DNA of 64,000 bases from Azolla caroliniana (Eukaryota; Plantae; Polypodiophyta), in NCBI GenBank assembly GCA_043228905.1, contig JBHGNT010000015.1, positions 9,858,001-9,922,000 of the forward strand, read 5' to 3'. Every line of letters starts with the position of its first letter. Position 1 is the first letter of the stretch. Below, piece by piece: positions 37,801 to 49,478 of this stretch. Made by a program: the position numbers and the translations under genes. The notes under the pieces are model-generated. The model did no database searches and was not told the origin of the DNA. It saw nothing but the letters and a program-made list of their open reading frames with translations.

Positions 37801-40800
37801 CGGATGAAAGAATCCGATTCGGTTCAAGCACACCTCAATGAGTACGAAAGCATAAGCTCCCAAATCTCGTCACAGGGGACGGCAATCGAGGATGAACTCA
37901 GAGCAATGATACTCATGAGTAGCCTTCCCTCATCATGGGAAACTTTCGTCACAACCGTGTGCAACGCGTCAACCACGGCTGTTAAATACTCCGAAGTCAC
38001 GAGCGCAATCCTGACCGAAGCAGCTCGGAGAAAGTCTTTCGCCAAAGACTCAACAGACGACGCTTATGTAGTACAAGGTTCGACAGACCGATCGAACATA
38101 CGAGGAAGAGATTCCTCACGGCCGCCGAACAATCAGCGAAGACGGAGCCAGTCACGGGATAACCGAATCTGCAACTATTGCAAGAAACCCGGACACATCA
38201 AAGCCGACTGCCGCGCACTCAAGAACAAGAACAACAAGAAGAGTGGCCGGCATGAGGAGATCAATTACGTCAGCTTCTCGGCTGATGTACTACCGGACGA
38301 CCCGAATATACTGTCAATCGAAAATCCAGTCGGATCCGAAGTTCTGCTCACGACTGAAGAATCGAGCACATGGCTCTTGGATTCGGGCGCGTCATTTCAC
38401 GTGACTCCTCATAGATCCCAATTTCGGCAATATACGATCTGTCACTCCGACTCAGTTCGAGTCGGCAACTCACAACACTGTGACATCATCGGAATCGGCA
38501 CAGTAGAGCTCAACCTTGCAGGTGGCTCTACACTTGTACTTCACAATGTCCGACATGTACCCGAGCTCTCGAGGCCATTGATCTCAGTCGGACAACTAGA
38601 TGAAGACGGCATTCGTGCCGGTTTTTCTTCGGGAGGGTGGACACTCCACAGGGGGAACCTCCTGCTTGCTAGAGGACCCAAGATACACTCCCTGTATCCG
38701 TTACATGTTACGCTCAGAGAGGGTAACCTGTTTTTGGTGGATATTCCTGTGTCATCACTATGGCACAGAAGATTAGGACACCTCAGCAAGGCCGGCATCA
38801 CGCATCTATCTAGAGCCGGATACATCCCCAAACTCTCCTTCTCGGACCATCAATTCTGCGAGCATTGCCAGTATGGCAAACAAGCAGCCGCATCACACCC
38901 GACATCAGCACCAAGAGAAACGAGACCTCTTGATTTGGTCCACTCGGACGTCTGTGGCCCAATGCCGCATCAGTCTCTCGGCGGTGCCTCTTACTTCGTC
39001 ACTTTTATTGACGATTCAACTCGAAAGGTGTGGGCTTATCCAATTCGCACCAAAGATCGGGTCTTCTCGATCTTCACCGATTGGCTCGCTATGGTAGAAA
39101 ATCAAACCGACCGAAAGCTGAAATGCTTTCGGACAGACAATGGGGGAGAGTTCAAATCCGAAGAATTCGTCAAATTCTGCCGACAACGCGGCATCCGACG
39201 TGAATTTACGGCACCACACAGTCCGGAGCAAAACGGGATTGCCGAACGCATGAATCGGACAATCCAAGAACGGATAGTTTCCATGCTCCAACACTCCGGA
39301 CTGTCGGATGGCTTCTGGGCAGAGGCTCTACTCACGGCAGTACACATAATCAATATGTCGCCAAGTAGACCTCTAGGACTTCAAATTCCTCAGGAACTAT
39401 GGATCGGCAGTAAGCCGAATTACGACAAGCTGAGGATCTTCGGATGCGAGGCGTACGCCCTTATTCCGAAAGATGATCGCCGAAAACTTGCACCTCGGTC
39501 CAGGAAATGCATTTTCCTTGGATATGGATCCGACGGCGAAATGGGATACCGACTCTGGGACCCCGAACGCAGACAAATCGTTCGAAGTTCGGACGTTGTG
39601 TTCAACGAGTCGGCTATGAATCCATCAGTCGAAAAACCGATCGAAGTCCGAAGGGTAACATTTTCCGATGTGCCGACCCTTCAAGAAGGCCCCGCTCTCA
39701 ACACACGGTCAGCTTCACGGGTAGCTGAACCTTACACTACCGACTCGGACGACCCCGACTCGGCACAGCAGAACAATCCGCTTTCGGACCATCCGACCTC
39801 GATACCCGATGCGACCAGTCCAATCATACCTCGACGATCCGAGAGACTGTCGCAACCTCCGGAGAGGTATTCTCCTGGAATTTTCTTCACCGACGCCGGC
39901 GAACCGACGTCTTACGAAGAAGCATCGACATCTGTCGATTCAGCCACCTGGCATCTGGCGATGGAGTCGGAAATGCACTCCATTCGGGCAAACAAGACTT
40001 GGGATCTGGTCGAATTACCTAGGAACCGACGTGCTCTTCCTTGCAAGTGGGTTTATCGACTAAAAGAGACGTCTGATTCGACCACCCCAAAGTACAAGGC
40101 CAGATTAGTTGCGAAGGGCTTCCGACAAGAATATGGCGTCGACTTCGACGAGATTTTTTCACCAGTGGTGAAAATGACAACCCTCCGTTTTCTACTCGGC
40201 GTAGTGGCAGCCGACAACTTGGAGCTCATACAGCTAGATGTCAAAACAACCTTCCTCCATGGTGATCTTGACGAGGAAATTTATATGGAGCAGCCAAAAG
40301 GCTTTGTGGCAACTGGCCAAGAACATCTAGTCTGCCGACTCAGGAAGAGTCTATACGGCCTCAAACAGGCACCACGACAATGGTACAAGAAGTTCGACGA
40401 CTTCATCCAATCGATCGGCTTCTCCAAAAGCGATGAGGACCATTGTCTCTTCACCAACACAGCTCAAGATGGATCACCCATCTTCCTCATCATTTACGTG
40501 GACGACATGCTAATTTCTGGACGCCACGCGGGCGAACTTGCCGATCTCGTTCGGCAACTGCGGTTGAAGTTTGCCATGAAGGACCTCGGTCCGGCACGAC
40601 ACATCCTTGGCATGAAGATTAGTCGGCATCGCGATAAACGACATCTTTTTTTGTCTCAGACCGACTATATCGGACGTGTCTTGGAACGCTTCAACATGCA
40701 ATCAACCAAATCTGCTTCAACCCCGCTCCCCATAAATCTTCGGCTCTCTCAGCGAGACTGCCCGACATCCGGTTCGGAGGGGGAAGATATGAAGTGGGTA

Positions 40801-41442
40801 CCGTATGCACCGGCAGTCGGCTCCCTTATGTACCTGATGGTCGCGACACGGCCTGACATCTCTCACGCCGTAGGAGTCGTTAGCAGATTTATGCACAATC
40901 CTGGCCGATCGCATTGGAACGCAGTCAAGCATGTGTTCAGATATCTGGCTGGCACAAAAGACCACGGCATTCTTTTCGGTCCGAACCGAACCTCAGGCGT
41001 AGTCGGTTACACCGACTCGGACTTCGCCGGCTGTATAGACAGTCGGAAATCAACAACCGGATACTGCTTCAAATTCGGCAATGGAGCAATCTCGTGGAAG
41101 TCGAAACTTCAGGAGTGCACAGCGACTTCAACGACCGAAGCAGAATATGTAGCTGCGTCCGACGCAGCAAAAGAAGCTTTGTGGCTCGGTCGGCTGGCGC
41201 ACACGTTTCGACAAGTCGACCATGACTCGGCTCCAGTTGTCTACAGCGACAGTCAAGGTGCTGTTGCCTTGTCGAAAAATCCGGTTCACCACAACGCCTC
41301 CAAACATATTGTCAGGAACTCTATTAAGGCAGAGAAGGAATTAGTACTAAAAGAAGGATTAGTACTATTGTTGGGGAATAGTACTAAGACAGAGAAGGAT
41401 TAGTACTATGAGAGGTGTCGAACTTTGAGAGAAGGAATGAGT

Positions 41443-41482
<40 letters not shown>

Positions 41483-44400
41483 GCGAAAGATATATGTATT
41501 ATATGAAGGAAGATATACAACAGTAGTTAGAAGGCTTAAGACTGGCGTTGAACCGATTTGGTTCGAACTAATGCCTTGCGCCTCCTTTTATAGTGTCTTC
41601 AGGAATACTCCTGAAGTTTCTAGAATGTTCCAGAGAAATCTGGAATATACATCAATTTCCCAATAAAACCTAAATGAAAATAATATCCTTCAAATTACAA
41701 TTCATAACCTAATGGTAAAGTCTCGACCCGTGTAACAAAAGGTTATGGGTTCGAGTCTAGTTATGACACTATCCCCCCTTTAAAACGACGAGTTCCACGA
41801 GTCGTTTTGGATTGAGGACCCGGTTTCTCGGGATATCGTCGATGGAAGTCTTCTAGAAGAGCACGAGCATTGGTCACATTCTCGATCGGTTCCCAAGTAC
41901 GCTCGCTGGGACTATATCCTAGCCAATCGACTAGATAGTAGAGCTTGTTGCGAACAATCTTGGAATCGAGGATGGCAGCGACCTCATATTCAGGTCCATC
42001 TTCGAGCTCGATAGGAGGTGGTGGTTGTATAGTACGTCCTGGGATAGTGCTCTCGTGATAGGGTTCGAGGAGAGAACTATGAAACACCGGATGTATCCGA
42101 AGTTGCGGAGGTAGCTCGAGACGAAAAGCGACATCATTAATCTTCCTGATAATACGGAAAGGACCTAATCGCCGATAATCCAACTTCTCACATGGGCGAG
42201 TAGTCTTGATGTGTCGTCGTAGCAGCCACACCCGATCTCCAATGTTAAAACTGGATGGAAGTCGATGACGATCTGCGTAGTCCTTGTGTGATTGTTGAGC
42301 TTGCTGGAGTTGAGTAGATAAATCCGCTTGTATCTTGCGTAACCGCTCCAAACGATCCTCCGCGCAAGGATTTGTGGACACTTCTGGGGTTTCAAGGACA
42401 CACCACCGGGGATGATATCCCGTATAAGCGTAGAATGGCGTGACTTTAGTCGATGCGTGGATAGCGTTATTATAGGCAAATTCGGCGAACTGAAGAATAT
42501 CTGCCCAGTCATTCTGATGATAGTTGAGAAAGCACCGCAGATACTGCTCCAGTGTTTGATTTGTTCGTTCGGCTTGACCGTCGGTTTGTGGGTGGTAGCC
42601 GGAGGAGAGGTTACAAGTGACCTTCAGCATTTTAAAAAGGTGCTTCCAGAATTTTGACACAAACTGAGGTCCACGATCGCTGATGATATTATCAGGGAGT
42701 CCATGATGCCGACATACTTCCCGCATGACAATTTCGGCGGTGTCTTCACTAGATATTTCTTTAGTACATGGTAAGAAATGAGCCATCTTCGTATATCGAT
42801 CCACCACTGTGAGAATCGCACTGAATCCCTTAGAGACTGGAAGATCTGTAATGAAGTCAAGAGCAATGGATTGCCATGGCTTGCTTGGAATTGGTAATGG
42901 TTCTAATAAACCATATGGATGATGTCTTGGCATTTTCGCTCTGCAGCATGTATCGCAAGTCCGAACAAAATCTTCGACAAATTGTCGCATACGGGGCCAC
43001 CAGAATGATCGTTGTACTAAATCTAATGTTTTAGTACTACCAAAATGTCCTGCTGTATATGTGTCATGGCAATTTTGTACTACTCGAAGGCGGCAAGAAC
43101 CATTAGGAACATACAAAAGTTCTTTAAAGAAGAGTAATCCATCACAGTATTTGAATTGCCGATAATCCGTACCTGGTGATTGTGATTGTGAACATGACGC
43201 TCGAGAGGGGTCAATTTGTGCTAGTATAGCTTGGGCGAAAGCGTCAGTCTTCAAGTCCTCACGTATAGTATTGGTAATGTCGGAATCCACGGGTATGTCA
43301 AAGACCTGTGCTGCTTGCAGTCGTGCTGGACCCAAGATTACTTGCTTCTGGTTATCGAAAGCTGGCTCACCGGGACGTGGTGTTAGATACGAACGCCGTG
43401 ATAATGCATCTGCCTTCCCTTGGTGCTTCCCCGGACGATATGTAATTTTAAAGTCGAAGCGTGTGAGGAAGTGGGCCCACCGAGCTTGACGTCGATTCAG
43501 TACACGAGCATCTTGAAAGTAGGCAAGGTTCTTGTGGTCACTGAATACAGTGACCTGATGAGGAGATCCCTCCAGGAAATGCCTCCATTGCATAAAAGAA
43601 TCAACTATTGCTAATAGCTCTTTATCATGAATTTCGTAGTTGATTTCGGCGGCGTCAAACTTACGGGAGTGGAAAGCCACAGGATGTAGCTTCTCGTCGT
43701 TACCCTGTTGTGACAGAATGCTCCCCAATGCGAAATCCGATGCGTCAGCTTCGATAATGAATGGTTTTTCCGGATCCACATGACCTAAAATTGGAGCTGA
43801 TGTAAACGCCTTCTTAAGACTCTCGAAAGCCATGTCCGTCTCTTTAGACCAAATGAATGATTGTCCCTTCCTGGTGAGCTGTGTGAGAGGCAGCACAATT
43901 TTTGAGTAATTTTGTATGAACTTCCGGTAAAAATTTGCAAAGCCTAGGAAGCATTGCACATCCCGTACCGAATGCGGAGTGTGCCATTCTATCACCGTTT
44001 TGACCTTGGCTGGGTCCATAGATATGCCTTCTGAGGAGATGACATAGCCGAGAAATTCCACTTGGTTGCACCCGAAACTACATTTCTCTAACTTTGCATA
44101 CAGACCATGTTCTCGAAGTCGTTTTAGTACTAATAGTACATGAGAATCATGTTCTTCTTGGGTCTTTGAATAAACCAGTAGATCATCCAAATAGATGATC
44201 AAAAAATCATCCAAGAGATCTCGAAATATATCATTCGCCATGTGCTGGAAGACTGCCGGCGCATTAGTGAGTCCGAACGGCATGACCGTATACTCGAAGT
44301 GCCCATATCTGGTGCGAAACGCGGTCTTCCATTCATCTCCTGGTCGGATCCGTACGAGGTTATAGGCTCCTCGTAAGTCGATCTTCGTGAAGAACCTGGC

Positions 44401-46723
44401 ACCGTTGATCCGTTCTAAAAGACTTGAGATAAGGGGAAGAGCATACCTATTTCTTACTGTGACTTTATTCAAGCCACGGTAATCTACAACGAGTCGAAGC
44501 GAGCCATCTTTTTTCTTGACGAAGAAAATGGGTGCGCCGGCTGGAGATTTCGAATGCCGAATGAAACCGTTCTCCAAATTCTCCTCTATATAGGCTCGAA
44601 GGACTTCTAGCTCGGTTGGTGACAAATTGTAGATCGGCCCCCATGGCGGCTCTTTTCCCGGTTGTAAGTCGATGGCGCAATCGTACGGCCGATGATGAGG
44701 AAGTGTGTTGGCTTGTACTTTATCGAACACATCAGCATACTGACGATACTTCTCGGGAAGTTGAACGGTGGACTCCTCTTTGGTGGTGCTGGAGGGTTGT
44801 ACTGATATTGCGAAGAGAAACATTTCCTCCTTGCGCCCTTCCTCACGCAACTGACGTAGCGAAATGGTTGCAACCTTCTGGGTAGGTCCTTGGGTTTGTT
44901 GCAACCGGATTTCCCTTGTCCTCCAATCTATGTCTGGGTTATGTAACTCGAACCATGGTAATCCTAAAACTATGGGGTGTTCTGGAATACTAATAATATT
45001 AAATGATACTACACATGTTAAGTTATCTAGGACAATATTAACGGGTTCCGACTCTTCTATGATATTACCAGAAGCAATGGGACGACCATCAATGACTACT
45101 ACTGAGGCTGGACATGGGAGCTTTCTGAGAGATATCTGATGAGCTCGGGCAAAATTCCTATCCATGAAGCAAGAATTAGCTCCGGAATCTAGAAGGGCTA
45201 AGGTATGTACTGGAGGGGTACTTTTAGTACTAACTGCTACTTGGGCTACGAACACATCACTAACTTGCTTAGAGGGAATGGAACCACTAATGGGCTGCAC
45301 AGATCTAGGGCTGTCCAACCAAACGGCTCCTATTTTGGCTGGACTTAGTCGTTTAACTCTTCTTCTAATTGGCTAAGGACATCAAATTTGTTTGCGAGAT
45401 TCGGACTATTAGTACTATTAGGACTATTATGACTATGAGGACTATCAGAGATTCCTACTGAAATAGACTCGGGTTTAGTATAGTCAGAACTAACAACGAC
45501 TTGGTTTACCTGCCTTCTTGGTCTATGGGGACAGTTTATCGCGATATGCCCTGGTCCACCGCAATAAAGGCATAATCGGTTTGTTCGGCGTCGTTGCTTT
45601 TCCTCCTCCGATAGCGGCCCACGACGACGTGTAGTGTCAATTTCCATTGGAGTTGGAGTACTTACTGGAGGCGCATTATGTGACTCCCTTTGAAAAGGTT
45701 TTGCTACCACTGAGGCATAGGTAGGCTCGGATCTTGCCCTCGGCATCTGAAATTGTCGTTCCGAACGTCGCTCGAAGAGGCGGTTGTCACATCTGACCGC
45801 TCGACTGATTGCTTCTGTTAATGATTTTGGCTCTTCAGGGAAAGTCAAGAGTAAATCCTTGACATCGTTGCGTAGACCATAGCGGAACTGCTCCATCAAT
45901 GCTTGATCATCCCAGGGGATATCAGCGGCGAGTAGGCGGAAATCTGCAGCATATGCGGAGGCTGGACGGTCACCTTGGCGTAATCGCCGGATTTTGTTGA
46001 TTGCAGTCCTTATGCTGTCAGTATCTCCAAAACATGCTTTAAACTCACTTATGAATTCTTCAAAATTATTTAGTACTGGAGATTCCTTTTCTAGTAGCGG
46101 AGCGAACCATGCTAATGCTGAGCCATTTAACAACGTGCCTACTAAACCCACTCGTGATGCATCGGTGGGATATCGGGACGGATGCATTTGAATAACTAAC
46201 CGTACCTGGTTAAGAAACCCTCTAAACTGCGATCGCGTTCCATCGAACTTCGTGGGAAGGCCAATCTTGGGTTCTTTATGAATCCCTTGTGCTCCGTGCC
46301 CTTGTTGTTGCATTGCTACGATGGTTGCTTCGAGTTGTTGCACGCGTAACGCAAGTTCCCCATGCTGTTGTTGCGTTTGCTGCTTTTCTAAGGAAATTTG
46401 CTGAAGATCCCCCAACAAGCGTTGATTTTCTTGTTCCAAAGCATGAAACTTCTCTTTCAAGCATTGAAATTCCGAGAAAACGGATTGATACTCTTCAGCG
46501 CTAACGGTGGCCATGGGATGAAGGAAAAGGGAAATAAGAGACTAGTAGGAAAGGAGGGAGAGAAAAGACCAGACCAAAATCGGTTCAAACTGTCAGGAAC
46601 TCTATTAAGGCAGAGAAGGAATTAGTACTAAAAGAAGGATTAGTACTATTGTTGGGGAATAGTACTAAGACAGAGAAGGATTAGTACTATGAGAGGTGTC
46701 GAACTTTGAGAGAAGGAATGAGT

Positions 46724-46779
<56 letters not shown>

Positions 46780-49478
46780 GCGAAAGATATATGTATTATA
46801 TGAAGGAAGATATACAACAGTAGTTAGAAGGCTTAAGACTGGCGTTGAACCGATTTGGTTCGAACTAATGCCTTGCGCCTCCTTTTATAGTGTCTTCAGG
46901 AATACTCCTGAAGTTTCTAGAATGTTCCAGAGAAATCTGGAATATACATCAATTTCCCAATAAAACCTAAATGAAAATAATATCCTTCAAATTACAATTC
47001 ATAACCTAATGGTAAAGTCTCGACCCGTGTAACAAAAGGTTATGGGTTCGAGTCTAGTTATGACACATATCGACGTTCGATATCACTTCGTTCGGGACTG
47101 CGTCATTTCAGGGAAAATCGGTCTAGAGAAAATATCCACAACCGACAATGTCGCAGATGGAATGACCAAGTGTCTTTCGGCAGACCGTTTTCGGTCTCTT
47201 CGGCATCAGATGGGCGTAACGACAAACCAGTCCGGTTAGAGCCGGACACAGAGTAGGATGGTTCCCGACAACCGACATCAGTTCCTTAATGATCGGCTTC
47301 AACCGTTCCGACCCGACCAGTTCGGTCTTCTGCCTTCGGACCCTGCCGACTCGAACAAAGCTGATATGTCCGAGAACCTAAGTCTATACCTGTAATCTTA
47401 GATAACCCATGTATACGCCCATTACGGGGGAGTGTCGAATACATGTGTATAATGGACGTATTCACACTATCTCGTTTTGGCCATTTATGTAATTAGCATA
47501 AAGGGTAGTTGCCCTAAGTCGGTCACTATATATAGTGACCTTGCAACCTTTTTGTAAGGTTGGGTGTTGTATCATTACGTTGTGCAATAAGAAACTCTTT
47601 TGTGCCTCTCTCTCTCTCTCTCTCTCTGTGCACGATCTATGATTCTGTTATACGCAGGTACTCAACAGCAATCGAATGCTTCTTGATCTTCCGCATAGAC
47701 GACCTCATCCCCAACAGATGCGGTGTTGTACGATACCAGATGTAGCTATGCTAAGGTGGGTTGCATATGTCAAGTCGCTTAATCCGGAGGTTCGACACAT
47801 CTCGGGGAAGGAAAACGCGGTAGCGGATATGTTATCAAGGGCTCGGTTCGGAGACGACATAACCGAATCGGATAATGAAGAAGTTTCCGAAGACTACTTC
47901 GCGTCGGAGCACATATGCCGAGTGAACGTAATCCGAGAATTTCGGGAAGAAGAATATGAGGGAGAAAGTTTGATGATCGGAAAGATGTTACAAGAGGCCG
48001 AGGACTCGACAAACGATAAAGGAAGAAGAGTCGAGATCCGAAGGAAGAAGAGGCAAGTCCAAAAGTTCTTCTTGGAAAACGGATTAATATGGAGGGCGCC
48101 GAAAAGACCGGATGGTATACCACTTCGAGTAGTCGGGACAAAAGAGCAACGAAACCGGATAATGTCCGAGTTTCACGAATCCAATTGGGCTGGACACCGA
48201 GGAACATGGGCAACATTTGTGAAGATCAAACAAAAATATTGGTGGAAGAAAATGTACAAAGATATCGCGGAGTTTACGGAAAGCTGCGAGAAATGTCAAG
48301 TCTACTCCGGGGTTCGACATCGAGATGAGTTACATCCGACATTCTCACTGACAATCAACTTCAAGTGGATGGTCGACATAGTGGCCATGCCAACCGGGAT
48401 CGGACAAAAGAAATACTTGGTATTAGCTCGGGAAGATCTCACGAATCAAGTAGAAGGTCGAGCGCTTCAGAGGAAAACGTGTTCCGCGGTATGCCAATTT
48501 CTTTTGGAGGAAGTATTTTGCAGGTACGGGTGCGTAGGACAAGTGATTGCAGACCGGGGAGAACTCGACTCGTACAAAGCTAGGGGATTCTTCGCCAAAC
48601 ACGGAGTTCGGTTATCGCTGACAACGGCATACAATCCGGAGGCCAACGGGAAAATCGAACGAGGACATAGTCCGATCGTAAAAGCACTTGCGAAGGCATG
48701 CGATGGAAAGGTGAAGGACTGGCCGCAGATGCTTCCGTATGCACTATGGGCGGATCGGACGACGCATAGCTCCATAACCGGTTACATGCCGGCAGAACTC
48801 ATGACCGGACAAGCACCGGTAATGCCAACAGAAACCGCGATCGCAACATGGACAGTGCTACCGTGGAAGGAAGAGATGAGCCGGGAAGAACTACTAGCGG
48901 TCCGGATACGACAACTAGAGGGAAGACCGGCAGACATAGCGGAAGCAATACGCCGACAACAAGAAGCACGATTAAGGAACAAAAGCTGGTTCGACACAAA
49001 GCACCGACTACGACCGAGGAGGATTGAAGAAGGAGACTGGGTGATCGTCTATGACAGTAGTTTGGACCATCAACATACAACGATGCGGAAATTCGCGAAA
49101 AGGTGGTTCGGGCCATATGAGGTTCGGAAAGTCTTCGACAACGGAACGTACCGACTGTCCGAGTTGGATGGAACAATACTACGAGTGCCTATAGCCGGGA
49201 AGCGGGTGAAGATTTTCAAGAAGCGGACCGACGACAAACCCTATGTGATCCAAGCCAAGGCCGACTACGAGGAGCAATCAGACGAAGACCACGGGGATGC
49301 GGGAAGCGAAGAACGTGAATTACAACTCATAGTCGACATAAGGGGAGAATCGGAGGAAGCTTTGGGTGAAGACGGATATGGGGAATCGAGAACTTTGGCA
49401 CATACCGGAGGAAGTGCGGGTTCGGAGGGGGCGAGTGTCGTAGTGTATTCCACACACTACGTGAAAACCATAAAATAA
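34856..49478 (+). CDS. Gypsy B pol (RT-RNase H 34856-36503; RNase H end-IN 47717-49478), split by Copia D
   Basis: LPQGATNS, PFLDD, TVDTS, ETDC, H..HRG..C..C integrase. Confidence 0.9.
37462..47239 (+). CDS. Copia D gag-pol (Tnt1-like), intact except for insertion of C at 41310; resumes at 47066
   Basis: 1313-aa ORF with all domains; ...ASKHI|DVRYHFVRD is joined across the TSD. Confidence 0.93.
41702..41766 (+). ncRNA. tRNA-like module in C 3' LTR (same copy at ~46999-47063)
   Basis: taacctaatggtaaag ... aggttatgggttcgagtc. Confidence 0.6.
41761..45350 (-). CDS. Chromovirus C pol: PR-RT-RNase H-IN-chromodomain, reached by -1 frameshift
   Basis: LLDSGA, YLDD, ADASD, HHCC, GPF, EYEVAAILDS...YLVDWLGY...TWEP. 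Confidence 0.94.
45345..46514 (-). CDS. Chromovirus C gag (coiled coil, capsid, CCHC)
   Basis: PTKFDGTR, CLYCGGPGHIAINC. Confidence 0.93.
   Translation of the reverse strand: MATVSAEEYQSVFSEFQCLKEKFHALEQENQRLLGDLQQISLEKQQTQQQHGELALRVQQLEATIVAMQQQGHGAQGIHKEPKIGLPTKFDGTRSQFRGFLNQVRLVIQMHPSRYPTDASRVGLVGTLLNGSALAWFAPLLEKESPVLNNFEEFISEFKACFGDTDSIRTAINKIRRLRQGDRPASAYAADFRLLAADIPWDDQALMEQFRYGLRNDVKDLLLTFPEEPKSLTEAISRAVRCDNRLFERRSERQFQMPRARSEPTYASVVAKPFQRESHNAPPVSTPTPMEIDTTRRRGPLSEEEKQRRRTNRLCLYCGGPGHIAINCPHRPRRQVNQVVVSSDYTKPESISVGISDSPHSHNSPNSTNSPNLANKFDVLSQLEEELND
46727..46774. repeat. (GA)n microsatellite in C LTR (shorter copy 41446-41477)
   Basis: Direct reading. Confidence 0.95.
46909..46929. 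promoter_or_regulatory. Perfect heat-shock element in C LTR (also 41612-41632, 23819-23838, 56983-57002)
   Basis: GAAgtTTCtaGAAtgTTC = nGAAnnTTCnnGAAnnTTC, just upstream of the TATA box on the element strand. Confidence 0.75.

Larger units (their letters stand above)
41310..47065 (-). mobile_element. Chromovirus C (Tcn1/Tf1-like Gypsy), intact; LTRs 46591-47065 (5') and 41310-41768 (3'); TSD CATAT
   Basis: LTRs appear identical except for (GA)n length; PPT aaaggggggatag; intact ORFs. Confidence 0.97.
36504..47716 (+). mobile_element. Copia D, full length, inserted in B RNase H; apparently identical 284-bp LTRs 36504-36787 and 47433-47716; TSD GATGC
   Basis: LTR pair, PBS tggtatcagagc at 36790, PPT acgggggag before 47433. 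Confidence 0.96.

Noticed and set aside
37462-41403. Novel C-terminus on the Copia D polyprotein (VRNSIKAEKELV...)
   Set aside because: Read-through into the LTR of inserted element C; the true end resumes at 47066
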